A stretch of DNA of 64,000 bases from Lama glama (Eukaryota). The position numbers and the translations under genes are program-made. Below, piece by piece: positions 1 through 14,744 of the stretch (its first letter is position 1; each line of letters starts with the position of its first letter). The notes beneath the pieces are model-generated. The model had not been told where the DNA came from and ran no database searches. It saw only the letters and a list, made by a program, of their open reading frames with translations. The stretch lies in NCBI GenBank assembly GCA_028534125.1, contig CM052817.1, positions 23,190,001-23,254,000 on the forward strand. Reading direction: 5' to 3'.

Positions 1-699
1 TACCTAGAGTGTTAGGAGAAAAAAACGATTGAGATTAAAATGCTCACTCTGCAACAGTCTTTTGCCTTCTTAAATAAGTTCGTAATATAAACATTTTATG
101 ATTCTAATTTTCAATTCTAATCCAGTTACACAGTTTTAGATGTGTCATTTTTTTAAATGGAGTTTATTCAGCAACAGTTTATTCAGAAAATAAATATACC
201 TACTTAATTTTAATAGATGTATTAAAAATAATAATTTTGTAAGTTATTATATTGAATTTCTGAGTTGATACCTTTTTTGTTATTTCTTGGCTTTCTTTAT
301 GGGATCTTTTTTACACTTAGGAAAACTTTCCACTAAGAATGTGAAATTATGTCATAAGCATTTTATGTGTATGTATTTAATACATGGTGATTTGGATTTG
401 GCTTTTACATCTTAATTAAATATATGAGTAGGCATATAGTGCCTTGTTCTAAACATTAAATTCATCTTTAAGTAAAGATATCATTGTTTTGCTGAATTAC
501 AAGGAATTGTGTACATCAGTTTGTCCTAATGTTCTCGAGAAGGGCTTATGTTTTGTCTTGTTTTTGTTTTCTCCTTCAAATACCCTTAACAGCTCCAGAT
601 TTTTTTTAAGGAAACTACTTCATCCACAATCGCTGTTGGACAAATCGCCCAGCAATTCTTTATGCACTGGTGACCGTGTTGGTTGCCATGTAAATCATC

Positions 700-1050
700 T
701 CCATAGTCACAGTTGAGTGGATTACAGGATAGATATCAATAAGGGACTGGGAGAAAAATCTTCCCAAAGATATCAGTAGATATTTGTGCCAAATGATATT
801 CTTTATTGTGAGGACAGGAACTGACACCAAAGGATATACATACAGAAAAGGCCATACACAAATATCATGGACAATACAAGCCATGGTTAACAAAATTACA
901 TGTCATCAAAAGCTATGTAAGTGATAAGCAGCCATGAGGAATGAAATGGAATAAAGAATGAGGCTGTGTGTGGCCAGATTAGAAGAGCAAAAATTGACAC
1001 AGGTACTGAGGTATCAGGTGGAAATCCAAGAACACCAGCTGTTCAGGTAC
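700..1050 (+). mobile_element. Possible very old RTE-clade (L4-like) LINE fragment
   Basis: Degraded purine-rich stretch. Translation near 960-1000 (GCVARLEEQKLT) resembles the RTE/L4 C-terminal 'GHVAR...' motif. Weak, recognised by eye. Confidence 0.3.
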
Positions 1051-1439
1051 CAATAAGATGATCTGATTATATTATGTAGCATGTTGGAGACATGTGTGTG
1101 TTTGAAAGAGAGTTCCTATCAGAAACTAAAAACCATTTTAGAAATGGGGCTTAAAGAGTCAAATATTATGTATTATATAGTCTCTAAGAAGCATCACTCA
1201 ACTAGGAAATTAGACTGTATTTCTAATTAATTAAAAACATTACTAAGTACTGAGGAAAATTCATATGTTTGATATTTTAAATATAAAAATGTGAATTTTT
1301 TATATAACCATGTTGAAAATGGGGAAAAAAGTGTCTACATATATATTGTTACTTATTTGGATTAATTTAGCAGAGTAGATCTCAAAATTTGATGTATGTC
1401 AAAATAACTGAGTAACCTGTTACATTAAAAAAAAAATGG

Positions 1440-2107
1440 CTGTGGCTGGCTCATTTCACTCATTAATGTCCTCTAGGTTCATCCCTGTTGTCACAAGTGG
1501 TGGAGTTTTCTCCTTTTTGTAAGGCTGAATAACATTCCACTGTATGTATGTTTCACGTTTTCTTTATCCATTCACCTGTCAATAGACACTTGAGTTGTTT
1601 TCATATCTTGACTATTGTCACTAATATTGCAATGAACATGGGAGTGCAGATGGCTCCTTCATATTCCTTTGGATTTTTACCCATTGATTCCACTTACTTG
1701 GAAATCTAAGGTAGTCAAACTCTTAGAAACAGAGAATACAGTACCAGTTGCCATAGGTAAGGTGTTGAGAGAAATAGGGTGTTATATTTCCATTGGTAAA
1801 AAATTTCTTACACTAGACGAATAATTTCTAGAGATCTGCTATAAAACATGCCTACAGTTACAACATGATATTGTGCACTTCAAAATTTGTTAAGAGGGTA
1901 ACTCTTTATGCTGTGTTCTTACCCAGAGACAAACAAAAAGCGAAGGATGCAGGAAACTCTCTGAGGTACTGGTTGTGTCTACCACCTTGATTGTGGTGAT
2001 GGTATCATGGGTGTTTACCTATGTGCAAATTCATCAGACTGTGCACATTAAACATGTACATTTATTTGTATATCAATTATACCTCAACAAAGCTGTTAAA
2101 AATAAAA
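1440..2107 (+). mobile_element. 5'-truncated L1 (L1MA-like 3' end) with 5' inversion
   Basis: ~1440-1683 is antisense L1 3' sequence (ttcatccctgttgtcacaag...gcaatgaacatgggagtgcagat). ~1684-2107 is sense L1 3'UTR (gattccacttac...tcaattatacctcaacaaagctgtt) ending in an A-rich tail. Confidence 0.85.
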
Positions 2108-3164
2108 TGTGAATATGGCGGGGCTCCAACACAGAACCACTTAACTCAGAGTCTAAAGAGGTAGATCAAGGTCTGTTTTTTTATGCTACACTGGTAATTC
2201 ATACACAGGGTCAGCCTAAATTAAATATGATCTCATTAATTTTTCTTTAGGATTTGACTTAATATTTAAACTGTTAAAATATATTTATATATATTCATGG
2301 AAAGAAATATTTTCATTTATAAATATGGTATGTAAATTATAATTTAGTATCCACATATTGAGGTATTACTTAATTCTTCTGAATCATCATTTATATTCAG
2401 AATTCTTACATTTCTTGAATCTAGAATGCCCAGTACGAAATTAATAGGTATTATCTTATCAGTTTGTTGAAAGGTAAATTATATGTGCTTACTTTGTGGA
2501 GAAAGATAAATAAGTATTATGGCACTCTTTCAGACATTCCATTAATAATCAAATCAAATCAAATCAATTACTTTCATTTTGCCTGCATTGTAAGTCAGTA
2601 GGGCATAAGATTTAAGACTCAGGTTCTGCCCTTGAGATATTTTTGAATTGGGGGAAGATAAACTATTGAAAATGTATCTCTTCTTCCAGAGTTATCAGAA
2701 ACCTCCCAATTTTTAATTCTAATGTGTGCTTCTTTTCCTGAGTTAACATCTCAAAACAGCATTTAATACAATTTCTCACTCCCCTTAAGTTGGAAAGATT
2801 TTTTTTTTCTTTTCTTGGTACTCTCTTGGTTTTTCTCTTATATCATTGGCCATTTAAGTATAGTTTTTGTTTGTTTGTTTTCACTCCTTCTCTTAAAACA
2901 TTAGCGCTTTAAAAGCTCTTTCCAATCTATGTTCCCTCTCAAGGCTGATTTCAGTCTCCTCATTTTAAGTATCATATATGCATGGCATACATGCACACAC
3001 GTAAATGTTACATCTCCTGTTCACATCTCAAACCAAAATCATAGGAATCACAACCCTAATCCCTCTCTCGTCCTTCATCACCAGTCTGTCTTCAATATGA
3101 TTTCTTCTACCTCTAGAACATGGCCCTTATTAACCTATTACTCATTTTCATTCCCAAATACTAG

Positions 3165-3415
3165 ACAGAATTTCCCAAACCATGTACTGTGGAATGCTGT
3201 GCTCCATGGGAAAAAGAAAGTTGTAAGTAAATAATTTGGGGGAAACAATGTCCTGATTTTGAGTATATTAGCATATTGAATCACATTACCAATATTAAAT
3301 ATCAAGCATATTAGCATATTAGAGACTCCAAAAAGATTTTCAGCAAATGCACATTTAAAAGTGTATTTATCCCAATGTTTCATCAGTGTTTTTGACCATG
3401 GAACCATTTCATTTT
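3165..3415. mobile_element. hAT-Charlie-type DNA transposon fragment (MER103-like)
   Basis: cagaatttcccaaac... start and ...tttgaccatggaaccattt end resemble Charlie-family MITE sequence. Confidence 0.45.
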
Positions 3416-3867
3416 ACAACATAATTAAATGTATTATAACCTATTAACCTTGAAACCCTGGGTAATGCAAAAATCTGAAGGTATTTTTTTAACTTATATG
3501 TGGCTATAGCCATCATAGTCAGCAGGACAGGACTGAAGAGTTCTGCCTGTGTTCTTATTAATGATAAATAGCATAAATATCTTAAAGATATTTTCCAACT
3601 ACCTCTACATACCGTTCACAAGTAAAGACATTTACTTAAGTTCTATAGTACAGTTCTCTAAGTACCAGCCTATTGGAAGTTATACATCTCTAAGGAACTA
3701 TGTCTCATCCCTGAAATTTGGTTTAAAAAATTGAAAACAATCAGCTCTGGATGTTTTAGGCATGGAACCCCTGACAATGAGGAAACTAGGCATAAAAAAA
3801 GAAAACTTAGCATGATTTCAATGCAGTGCGTGACTTTTTTGGCCACAAATATGAGGCTTATAGAAGA

Positions 3868-4092
3868 CAGTGGTAAATAACATGGGTTTGGAAGCTTAGA
3901 AAGTCTTCTGAATTTCTAGTTCCTATAATTTGATATGATCTCTGATAAGTTAACTTCTCTGTGCCTCAGTTGCCTCATCTACCAGATGGGAATTTTAATA
4001 GTACATTTCCTAGGGTGTGAAAATTAAGTGAGACAATCCATCAAATGTTCTTGGAACAGTGCCTGGTATATCATAAGTACTCAATAGATACT
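3868..4092 (+). mobile_element. MIR SINE
   Basis: Core motif ttaacttctctgtgcctcagttgcctcatct and 3' end acagtgcctggtatatcataagtactcaata. Confidence 0.9.
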
Positions 4093-5734
4093 ACATGATA
4101 ATAATGGAGGATAACTTTAAAAATGTTTATTGGAAATAAGACTAGAAATTATAGTTTTGTTTTCATTTTAACATATACATAGTGAACAAAATCATTTGCC
4201 ATGAATAAATTGGCAAATACATTCCAAATAAATTACAGTCGTCACTTCTGGGCACAGAGTGAGGAAAACAGCCATCTGTTTTAAAAGTGACACTAGCCAT
4301 GTTAGAACTCAGTGCAAGAGATTGTAAGGCATTGACCAGTCTGCTTTAATTCAGTGTTAAGCTTAATAAGGTAAGAACTTAACACTTCGTGTTTCAGTAG
4401 AAATGGTATAGCACTGAATGTATATCTTTCAATATATCATAATGACTTCATCAAATAAAAAATCACTGAAATCATCCTGGGAGAGGACATAGATTAGGAA
4501 GAGCTTCTAAAGCTCTAATATCTTAAGAAGAGGAGTTAAAAACAAACAAACAAAAACTGGATATAAATGGCCAGTGATATAAGAGAAAAACCAAGAGAAT
4601 ATCAAGAAAAGAAAAAATATATATATATTGTCTCTCATATACAGAGATCACCTCTTACATAAAACGTTAAAATAATAAATATTACCCCTTCCTTCAAGAA
4701 ACAATATCACTGTTGAAATAGTTGGGATACTTAAGCTTTGACCATAAATGTAGTCTGAGTTGGTGTGCAGTAGGGGATTACCAATTTAGCAAAAAGATTG
4801 AAATCAAGATAATGCTGCTTGGAGGATTCTATTGAACATTTTTCCTACCTTGATAATCAAGTTACATAATTTGCCATCTTTAACAGTTTTTTTCTGAGAG
4901 AAATATTATACAATACTTTGAAGCTAATCTGTAAACCCTGAGGATTGTGTTTGTTTGTTTGCATGCTTGCTTTGTGATACTGTGATACCCAAAGCAAATC
5001 ACTGCTGTAGATATATTGTGTATAACAACCAGGCTTGTCACATTGATACACTGGAGAGGATGACCTTGGAATTGAGTGGAGAAATCGTTTTCCTTTTCTA
5101 TGTGCCAGTGAGTAAAAGAGTGGTTGTTAATAGGCAGGTTTGGTTAATAGTCCATATATGAAGTTCTAACATAAGAGTGCAAATCAGTTGTCAACAAAAT
5201 ATATTAGCTGTGTTACAGAGTAAGCAGGATGATACACAGCTTGCGAGATTTTAGCTTGTGTTACAAGATCAGTTCTTTTCAGTTTGAAAGAAAATATGTT
5301 ATTGGAGTAAACATATTAAAATAAATAGGCACAAATAGAGATTAAAGAATCAGGAGGGTTATTTATTTTCCTCCAGGCATATGAATAACCACAGTTCTTG
5401 CTCTTATGATAGACGCCTGTTAATATTTTGGATCCCAAATGCTCGTGTGTGTTGTAAACACTTTCGGAGTTTTTTACAGATACTCATTTGAGGACCCCCA
5501 CTGTCAGATTCCTATGCAGTAGCTCTTGACTGAGATCAAAGATATCTGATGTGTTTAAGAGCTGCTTAAGAATATGATGCTAACTAGCCCAAGGTTTAAA
5601 TGCAGGCAATACCACTAGTGAACAGAAGGTACAGAAAAAAAGTCTGAAAGATTCCAAAACTATCCTGGGAAATTAAACCACTACAAGCAATGGGAAACAC
5701 TTCTTTGCTGGAAACATATGTATAAATGGAGAAT

Positions 5735-5893
5735 TGGTACTCAGAGTGGCGTCAGATCAAAAGACCAGTGGCATCTGCTCACCAGGAAGCATTTTGGAAA
5801 TGCCCAGCCCCAGCTCAACACCTGTCTTAATGTACCCAAATCTGAACTTTCATAATATCCTCAGGTAACCCATTAATGTTTAAGAAACACTAC
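5735..5893. mobile_element. MER5A-like hAT MITE
   Basis: accagtggcatctgctcaccaggaagc...aaatctgaactttcataatatcctcaggtaa...tttaagaaacact. Confidence 0.65.
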
Positions 5894-8800
5894 AGTAAAA
5901 GGAACAGAAGAGATATATCTGCTCTGTCATTCTACTTTTTATCTGGAAAAAATGTGGTCCTATAAGGTGATTTCTGCATAGAAATAAACCCTGCCATTAT
6001 ATGTGTGCCATTTTGGGTTTTGCTTGCTTGCTTGTTTGTTTATAGGCAACATAGTTTATTTCTGAAACTTTTTTTTAACACTTATTAATGTGAATACATC
6101 AGAAAATAATTCACATTTATCTTCAGGTGGAAAAAATAAAATATGCCTATCAATAAAGGGACAGTCTATCAAAATTTATAAGACCTAGATAGTGGAAAAC
6201 TAAACTACTGCTCCCTCGATATTAGCTTTTCATTTGATAACTCAATGTACTAAATGGTAAAAATCCATTGTTTTTACATCTATCAAATTTTAATTAGAAC
6301 TCATGTAGCCTTAATGTGTAGATCAAAAAGGTGGTAGACTGACTGTTGCCAGGAAGCAAAGGCCTAGAAATAGTGACAGATTGCTCTTTCGGATTTTTTT
6401 AGTCCTTTAGATACATATTCTGCTCACGGAGAGATTTAACTTCCTAGAAAATTCCATCATGTTACAAAATGCCATTAACTCCTGATAGTCATAAACACAT
6501 TAAATAACAACCATCGATGCTGCTTTGACAGCTCTAAAGGATTTGTATGCAGTTTTAATGATGGAGAACCTCACTCATCATAATTTCTGAGTGTTGAATT
6601 GATCCTTGGAAGAGAGGCTGATAATTTGATTGTTCTATAATGTGCTAGTGCATAATTTCAGAAAGAGAAATCATTTTATGAAGAAACTAATTACATGCAA
6701 ATGACTCTCTTTGCAAGATGTTAATAAAATTAGAAATACTTTCCAAAAATGAAGAAAAAATAGTATAAAATAAAATGCCTTGAAGAGGTAAATGGTTAAA
6801 GAATACTACAGAGATATTATCCTGGGAAAGTGCATGAAGGAATCTATACCAAGGAGAGGAAACTTGTGCTGTTTCATTTTTTACTGTGTCAAGAACATCC
6901 TCTTGTCCTTTACTTAACCTTCTAAACCCTAAGTGATAATATGAATTGTGAAGATTTCAATTCATATTGGAATTAAATTGGTCTTCATGGGAGATATATT
7001 ACAGAAGTCTCTCCAAATAGAAAAAGAATTCACACCTTACCTAATAAAGGAGCAGTGAAGGGACATGCCCATCTTACAGTGCATGTTAATGTCTTGTTGA
7101 AAAGCATTATCAAAAATAAGCCAATTTATTCTGAAATTTTAGAAACCCCTTTAAAGAAAAATACGTTGGACTTGATTTGACTGTAATAAAATAATATTTT
7201 ATCTTAATTATCACTTCTTTTTTCTATATGCCCTATTTTTTATTTCTCTTTCTGAACCATTGAAGCCTTTCTTTGAATAGAGGAATTGAGGTGGACTGTA
7301 GGTGATCCAGGTTTATAGTCTTCTAAACTATGTAGTCCTAATATTTATCTCAGACATCAAAAACTTGTCATGTGAATATTTAAAGATGTGAAAATCAAAG
7401 CCAAACCAAAAAAAATGCACTTTGGAATCCTTACTTTGCAATTAAAAGCATATTTTTTTTTGTTTATTGATTAATTTCTCTTATTCTTAGTCTTCTCAAT
7501 AGCAAAACAGGGTTCTTTCATATAAACTACCATACTTTTGCTCTCAGTAGCTTTCCATGTTTATTTCTTATCTGCTTTCATAGAATCCTATCCTTTCTTG
7601 ACTTTCTATACACCCATGCTAATTTTTTTCCCTTTTCTCTCTCTTTCTAAAAAATTTTCCAAGGTTTTAAGCCTTAAGATATATTTTAGAGAATCCCAAG
7701 TTGCCTAACTCATACAAAATGTTCAGTAAATATATTTTTAAATTAACTAAATTTGGTTCATAGCCATTTCTCTCTCTCTCTCATCCATTCTGTGAAGATT
7801 TAGGTACCCATCTCTTTTTCTCTTTCAGAACTAATGTCCTGCCCAACAGACACATGCGCATGTCCACAATTCCACCTCTGATAAATGCTATGAAGCAGTT
7901 TATTTTGCTATTGTATTTTAGGTATGTTTGTCTTTATAAATGAGGTCAAGTGGTGCTTCCCTGAGAAATGGGAATTGTAGATATGATTAGCCAACTATCA
8001 GAGAGATTTCCCAGAAAAACTCATTCAATAAAAAGATTAAAAGGAGTATTGACTATTACATTTAGTAAGAATGAAGTTTTTTATGGCTTTGGCCAGTAAG
8101 TTTACAACAGACTAGGGAGATGCACATGTGATTGATTGGAATAAAGAGATGATAAAACATGGGAATTTAAGGGTCATGCGTTTATATAGCTCCGGTTAGG
8201 AGTTTTGCTCTGGAAGAGATCATGAAGATTCGGGGGAAGGAATGGAGGAATACACAGGATCAAGGATGAGTTTTCCCTTTGTCCATCAGAGTGTTTTAAA
8301 ATGGTAGTTACTGAAGCATGTTCATTTGATGATAGAAGTGGTACAATATAAAGGGAACAAATCATGACACCAGTGAGCAGGAGAATTGTGTGGGGTTAAA
8401 GAATGGTGAATGCGGTTTGATTAAAAAATGGAGGTTGGCCTCAGCTAGATGTGGAGAGGAATTCATTTACTAAAATTCATTTACTAGAAGGAAACGGAAT
8501 GTTTACGGATATGGTCGCAAATACAAGTATTTGATGTTGGAAAGAAAAAATGAAGAAAATGCTTTTCATTTGATGAATTTATTTGTTCGATGAAACATGA
8601 TTTAATATCTTCAAGATTGAATAGCGTTGTAAGGCTGAGGAGAAGAAATAGTAAAACAAAATTACTGCAAGAAGTTAATACTGTTGAGGGACAGTTTGAA
8701 AGCTGGTGAGGAACAGGCAGAGCTTTGGAGTTCATTGGGTTTGGAATTTTCCAGATGACCTCACTGGGAAAGATAAAGGAAAGGGAATTAAATGTGTAAG

Positions 8801-11800
8801 CTGGTAAGCATTTCCACTTATTGACAAAGTAATCTAAGGATGGTAAAGAAAGAATTGAAGACATGACAGAAATAATAGACAACATAAATAGTGATGGTGT
8901 CCGTATATCACTGAGATACCTAGGTAAGTCAAAGGATTTTTGGGCCAGGGGACCTAGAATAAACGAGGGAGGGTGATTCCGAGTGGTAGTCAAGGAGTGG
9001 ATGGTTTGAAATAAATTCTGTGAAGGGGATATAACTTTGATAAAATAAAATCTAGTTAAAAGCCAATGTTTTAGATACTTTGTTGCCTTCAGGTAGATTT
9101 TAGATACAGACCAAACTTCTGTCTTTGCCCACAACTAATTTCCTGCTGTGATCTGACACATCCATGCATTTCCAACCCTGTTTAGGTGGAGAAAGAAATT
9201 ATTTTATAGGATCTCCTTATTAAATCCTACTTCTGCTTTACCTCTCAGCAATTCTCAGCTTTAAATTTAAATATTTCTGAAATGCAAAGATTAACCAGAC
9301 AGTCAGAAAACAGGTTGGGGATCCTGGGTCTGTTCCCTCCCCATGCCCTATGTGTACCTGAAAGCACCATCTATTCCCTGAAATTCTAGTTGTCTCTCTT
9401 ACATGTCTTTGGGCCTTTAAGTCTCCTTCACGATCAGGTAACTGTACTCAGGAGTATTTAGCACGGTGAGGAGAAAATAATATGCTGCCAATAATTGGGT
9501 TTTTGAGACAAACATGCTTAAATTTTAACTTGTGAAATAACAGGCATCTTCCTTTCTCTTGACCTGCTATGTGGCATAGTTTTGTACCTTAAGTAATCAG
9601 AAATTTCACTGCTGGAACTAAATTTGAGAGACTTCTAGATCCCCTTATCTTCTTTAAAAATAAATGATATTTTATAAGACGTTGTTTCACAGTTTTAAAA
9701 TATGACATATTTGTTCTTAGCCCAAAGGACAAGCAGTTGACAGGGCTGCTATTGAAGGTATTATTTTAAATTTAATAGAACATAAAATAGAGATAGGTTG
9801 ATTCTAAATATCTTTGAAACCACAATATTCTATAACATCAATGTTGTAAGTTGGGATGCTGAGAAAATTATTCTGCCTCTCTATACCCACACACACACAC
9901 ACAAAAGGATCGTGGAGATTTTGACAATAAATGCACACATATGTATGTCTGTGTGTAGTACCAAATATCTACACAACACAGATAGAAATTTTAAACTTTC
10001 GTATTTTTAAAAATCATATTTAGACAATACACAAATTGTTGATTTCTGTTTTTATCAGGCTTTAAAAACAGAAGTTAATTTTCCCTATGCATGTTGATGT
10101 CTTAACTGGTGATTAGCATGACATACATTTTAAGCAAATATATCAGTTACCATTTTTTCTAATTTCTGAAAATCCATCCTTGCATCATGAGGGCTCAAGA
10201 CTTAAATGACATGTAAGAAACTTCCTTTAGAATGTTACATTTTTTAATCCTATGTAATGTAATATCTAGGTTAATGTTGGTTTCTTTATGGAAATTTTAA
10301 AAATAAATGTATTTTCCAGATATAATCTTAGTATATCTCCTCCTGGTAGAAAAGTGATATTTAGAACTACTAGTATTTATTTTTGATAATTAGGCTATTA
10401 CTAAATATCCTGGGGTTCATACTTAAAATACAAGATCAATGTATTCTAAGCACATATCGAATTCATGGAATATGATATGAACATTTCTCCAGTCTCCATA
10501 GATTCTAATGATTAGGAGCCAAGAAGCACATGTTTTGTTCACTTTCCAACTAATGCCACCGCCTTACTCTCTCAGATTCTGTGACCTTCCTTTAAATAAG
10601 ATATATTTTGGAGAAGTTTCATATAATCTAAGTAGTTTTATCAGCTTTTCCCAGTAGGCAACCAAGCTTGAATTTTAATTTGATTAGTTGCATTATTTTT
10701 TTATATTTTAATGGCCCTGGAATATCTAAAAGAAAAAAAATAGACATTCAGACCACTTTAATAACCTGCCTTAACTCACATGAAGAGTATGATTGAATTT
10801 TTCAAGACCATTTGCAATCTGGATAGATACAATATTGTAATCGGGTTGATCTAGCTATATTTAAGGAAATATAGCTCCTATCAGATAGATAATAAATTAA
10901 GCCATGTCCACATAAGGAAATGAAATAGTGCCTCGTATATTAAATGGATGGTACAGTTTGCACCCTAACTTCAAGGAGGGTAATAGGAAAGAACCAAAAG
11001 CAATAGCAATACCATTCCATCCTTTATCATATCATGTACAGTATCTTATTTTGTTGAGAAATATTCTAGATGATATGAATAAAATAGAAAAGTGAAATTT
11101 GTGAATAATGTATTTTACTGTTGAAAGTTGTTTTAAAATTGTCAAATAATATCTTAGTACAGGTAAAGAATTCAGATATTCTTGTATTTTCAGGATCTTC
11201 CTAATGTCAATAAGTATTTAAATAAAGGTCTTTAATATGAAAATTAAATATTTTAAAATTTTAAAAGATGATTTTAAAAGATACAAAGCAACTCAATTGT
11301 AGGGAGAAAGTGAACGTATAATATTGTAAATGAGCAAACGAGGCAGCACGTGCTAGGTAATACATGAATTAAATGGACATATTACGCCTCAGGAGTCCGG
11401 AGCTGTCAATCTCCATTTCTCCTGTCATTTTTTTCAGCTCTTTTCCTGCATTTACTACCCTGTGCATTGATTTTTTTACTACTTCTTTCTCCAATAAACT
11501 ATCAAATCTTCTATACTGTCTGTTTTACATTTCATGTGGCTCACTTTTGTATCTGCAGTGGCTAGTCAAATGCATAGTACATAATGTTTTTTCAATCAGT
11601 GTGTGGTAGGACACATCAGTTTAGAAGTGAGAGCTGGAAAAGTTTTATTAAATTTTAGAGGCACCGTGGTTTATGTTATTCAAAAAGAAGAGAGATGGAG
11701 CCCATCTGAGGTCCATAGAGGTATCTGTGTAGAGAATGGGATAACAGGTAGAAAAGCAAATATGTCAGTTGGCTTAAAGGTGAAATTCATGTGTAGATTA

Positions 11801-13859
11801 CCAGGAGGTAAACTGGAAATGACTTGTTAAACCAATGTGGATCACTGTAAATCTAGGTTATGGGGTTTGGATTATATCCAGCAATGATAAATATACAAAT
11901 AGGGAAAATATATCTGGCATGAGTAATACACTGTTTCCAATGTAAAATCTCCTCTTAAAGAGGTATTTTCAATAAAAATACTTAAATTTGAATTATGTTT
12001 TAAGTAAACAAATTGGGAGTGCAGTGATTTGTTAGGTTGAGCTTACAACTGAGCTAGTTTTTGTTTACTTCTTGTTTTATTTTTTTTAATCTAACTTCCT
12101 GGCTAAGCATCCTATTTAGATTTGCTTATACAGCTAACTACCACTGTGAATAACTTCCAGAATGGGAAATTAGCCTGGCTAATTTAACCACCAGGATTCT
12201 AGTCTAATCCTGTTGATGTATTCCTGATAATTAACAATCTGTGAGCAGCTGCAATGTCCAATATCCAAAATACAGCACAAGGTAAATGATCATTTGTACA
12301 TTGTGGGTTTCATGGACTAAATGAAAGAGCACTTTTTTTTTATTAATAGCTGCACTTTTCATAAATTTTATGAGTTAATAGGGTTCAATTAATGTTGCCA
12401 AGTAGTGTGCTTCATGCATATGTCTCTGGGGTTTTGTGACGTTGAGGAGAATGTATAATGAATGGTTGAGCAGTTATATTGGTACCCTAGTAATTAGAGA
12501 ACGAGTAATTAATGTGCATCTGTGTTAGGCTCCTGGGTACTGTCAACGACCCTGTGGTGTGCAAAAAAGAGAAATTATGTGCTTGGCAAGAGATTACAGC
12601 TTTTCTCTTCTTCTTAAATTTTAGATCTACATCTGTGTTTAATTAGAAGAAGAAATGAATTCCCATTAACACCATTAGGCAACACGCTATGATTGGTTAA
12701 AGCCTACATGGACTGTGAAACTGATCTAGAAAGCTCAGGAGATTACAATGGAATTTTTTTTAATCTCAGGAGAATTTATCTGTACTAAAATAAGGATGCT
12801 GAATAGTCCCCACTTGTCTCTCTATAGAATACCTTCTGCCTTTTACTTTTGGCCGCTTTCTATAACTGAGCGATCTAAGCAAAAATCTACTGAGCAAAAG
12901 TAACTTACCATACCCACAAGTGGACTTTTTCCTAGCTGTAAGGAGCGAGATGCAATAGCGTCACCTTGTAATCAGCTCAATATACAAAAACCGTCCCATA
13001 TATTAATGACAGTGTAACATAGTTTACTGACAGGTAATAGTCACGGATGTCACAGCTGACTAGCTGTGCTGATGTTTTCGTTTCCAGAGAGATTCAAATT
13101 AAGTTGCTTTTATCTCCTGAAGCAGAAAAACATTTCATATTCCACGTGATGATAATAAAATGTATCCTTAGGGCAAGTAGAATGCTCTACTTCTAAAATG
13201 AAACAGCCATGATTTAATTAGTATGCAAGAACACAAGCCGAAATTTTAAGAGAAAGATGATTCTCCTGAGTGTTCTTATTCAGCGGCCCTCTAAAATTCT
13301 GCTTTTTGAGAGACTACTGAGTGGCTGTATTTGTAATTAAACATTGCCTTTACTTAAAGTGTTGGTAATACTCTGCCAAATATCCCACTGAGATATTAAC
13401 TTGAAATTATGACATTCGCTCTTACATATATAATTATGCTAGAAACTTGCTGTGCACTATTGAGTACAAAGTTGGAATTTGAGGAAAAAAAAGTTCAGTA
13501 TTGGACATCAGCAAACAAATTATGTAAGCAGGTTAATGGTGGGTAATTTTACCCACAGGAAAGTTCAATATTTGCATTTAGATGTTAGCTTTAGAGCAAG
13601 GTATGAATTATTTGCTACATCGTATTTAAAGCTATATATTTAAGGAACATATACATTTAAATCCTTTCTCCAAAATATTGTTAAAGTAGAATAATGTATA
13701 ATTGAATGTTATTAAGGTAATTTAAAAGTATAATCCCTATTTTCTTCTTGCTCTAATATTTGATGTTTCACTTAAGATTTGAAAAGGAATTTTTTAATTA
13801 AAATGTTGAAATTCCAGTTGCATTTTAGTTTTCTAAATTATTTGAGTATTGTACTTCAT

Positions 13860-14020
13860 AAGCTCTGGAGTCAACAGGTCTAAGATAAAACTTTCCCTCT
13901 CTGTTTACTAGATAATATGACCTTTAATAAGCCACTTAGCATCTATAATTTTCCTTTCTTGACTAGAGAAACTGAAAATAATAATATCTGTATCCCAAGT
14001 GTCAGTACAATGTGGAATGA
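13860..14020 (+). mobile_element. Degraded MIR SINE
   Basis: agctctggagtcaacaggtct...tgacctttaataagccacttagcatctataattttcct. Confidence 0.5.
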
Positions 14021-14108
14021 TGATAAATATGCATCGTGATCATGGTGATGGTGATGGTGATGACAGCTGGTGTTGGTAAAGATTATTGCATGGCAATAAT
14101 TATCACAA

Positions 14109-14627
14109 GTGAATAGATTGAAGGTGGCCTTAAATTTTTTGCTGCTCTTCCCATCAACAAATAAAGTTGACTTCACCTCTGCTTATATGTGGACTGGCCT
14201 TTGTAATTTGTCTGACCAAAGAAATGCAGCAAAAGTCGAGTTCTGGGACTCCCGAGGTAGGGCTGTAAGCAGCGTTGCAGCTTCCATCAGGCCTCCTAGG
14301 AGGGTGCTCACTCTCAAGACGTTTTCTTCTGAGGTCCACCTGCCCTCCCTGTGCCACGTAGAGAAGCTATATATGTAGTCACTCTGTTGAGAAACACCAA
14401 GTGAGCCTCAGATGACAGTCAGCACCAACTGTCAGCCCTGTGTGTGGTCATGTAGCAAGTCCAGCCCTTTCAAGCCTTTGGATGCTTCAGCCCCAGCTGA
14501 CACTTGACTGTATCTGCATAAGTAACTCCACATGGTAGCTGTCCGTTTGAGACTATTCAATATGTAGGACAGCAAGAGATAACGAATTGTTATTTTAAGA
14601 TTTGCATAGCGACAGCTAACTGAAACA
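14109..14627 (+). mobile_element. MaLR solo LTR (MLT1G/H-like)
   Basis: MLT1 motifs tgaccaaagaaatgcagcaaaagt, gcagcttcc and cagccccagctgac, ending agctaactgaaaca. Confidence 0.75.
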
Positions 14628-14744
14628 AGAATACCATTAAGTAAGCATTTTAGTATGCCATTTTGCTTATTATGAAATCACATCTTAATGAAGTCCAGTA
14701 ATTTGCCTCAAGTTACACAGTAAAAAGAAAGTAATATACATATA

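Noticed and set aside
8484..9134. Longest gap-free ORF (216 aa, minus strand)
   Set aside because: Leu/Ser/Phe-rich, no recognisable domain, non-ATG start. It lies in purine-skewed, probably old L2-derived DNA and is consistent with a chance ORF.
13943..14176. Poly-His ORF
   Set aside because: Translation of a short (TGA/TGG)n-type simple repeat between a MIR and an MLT1.
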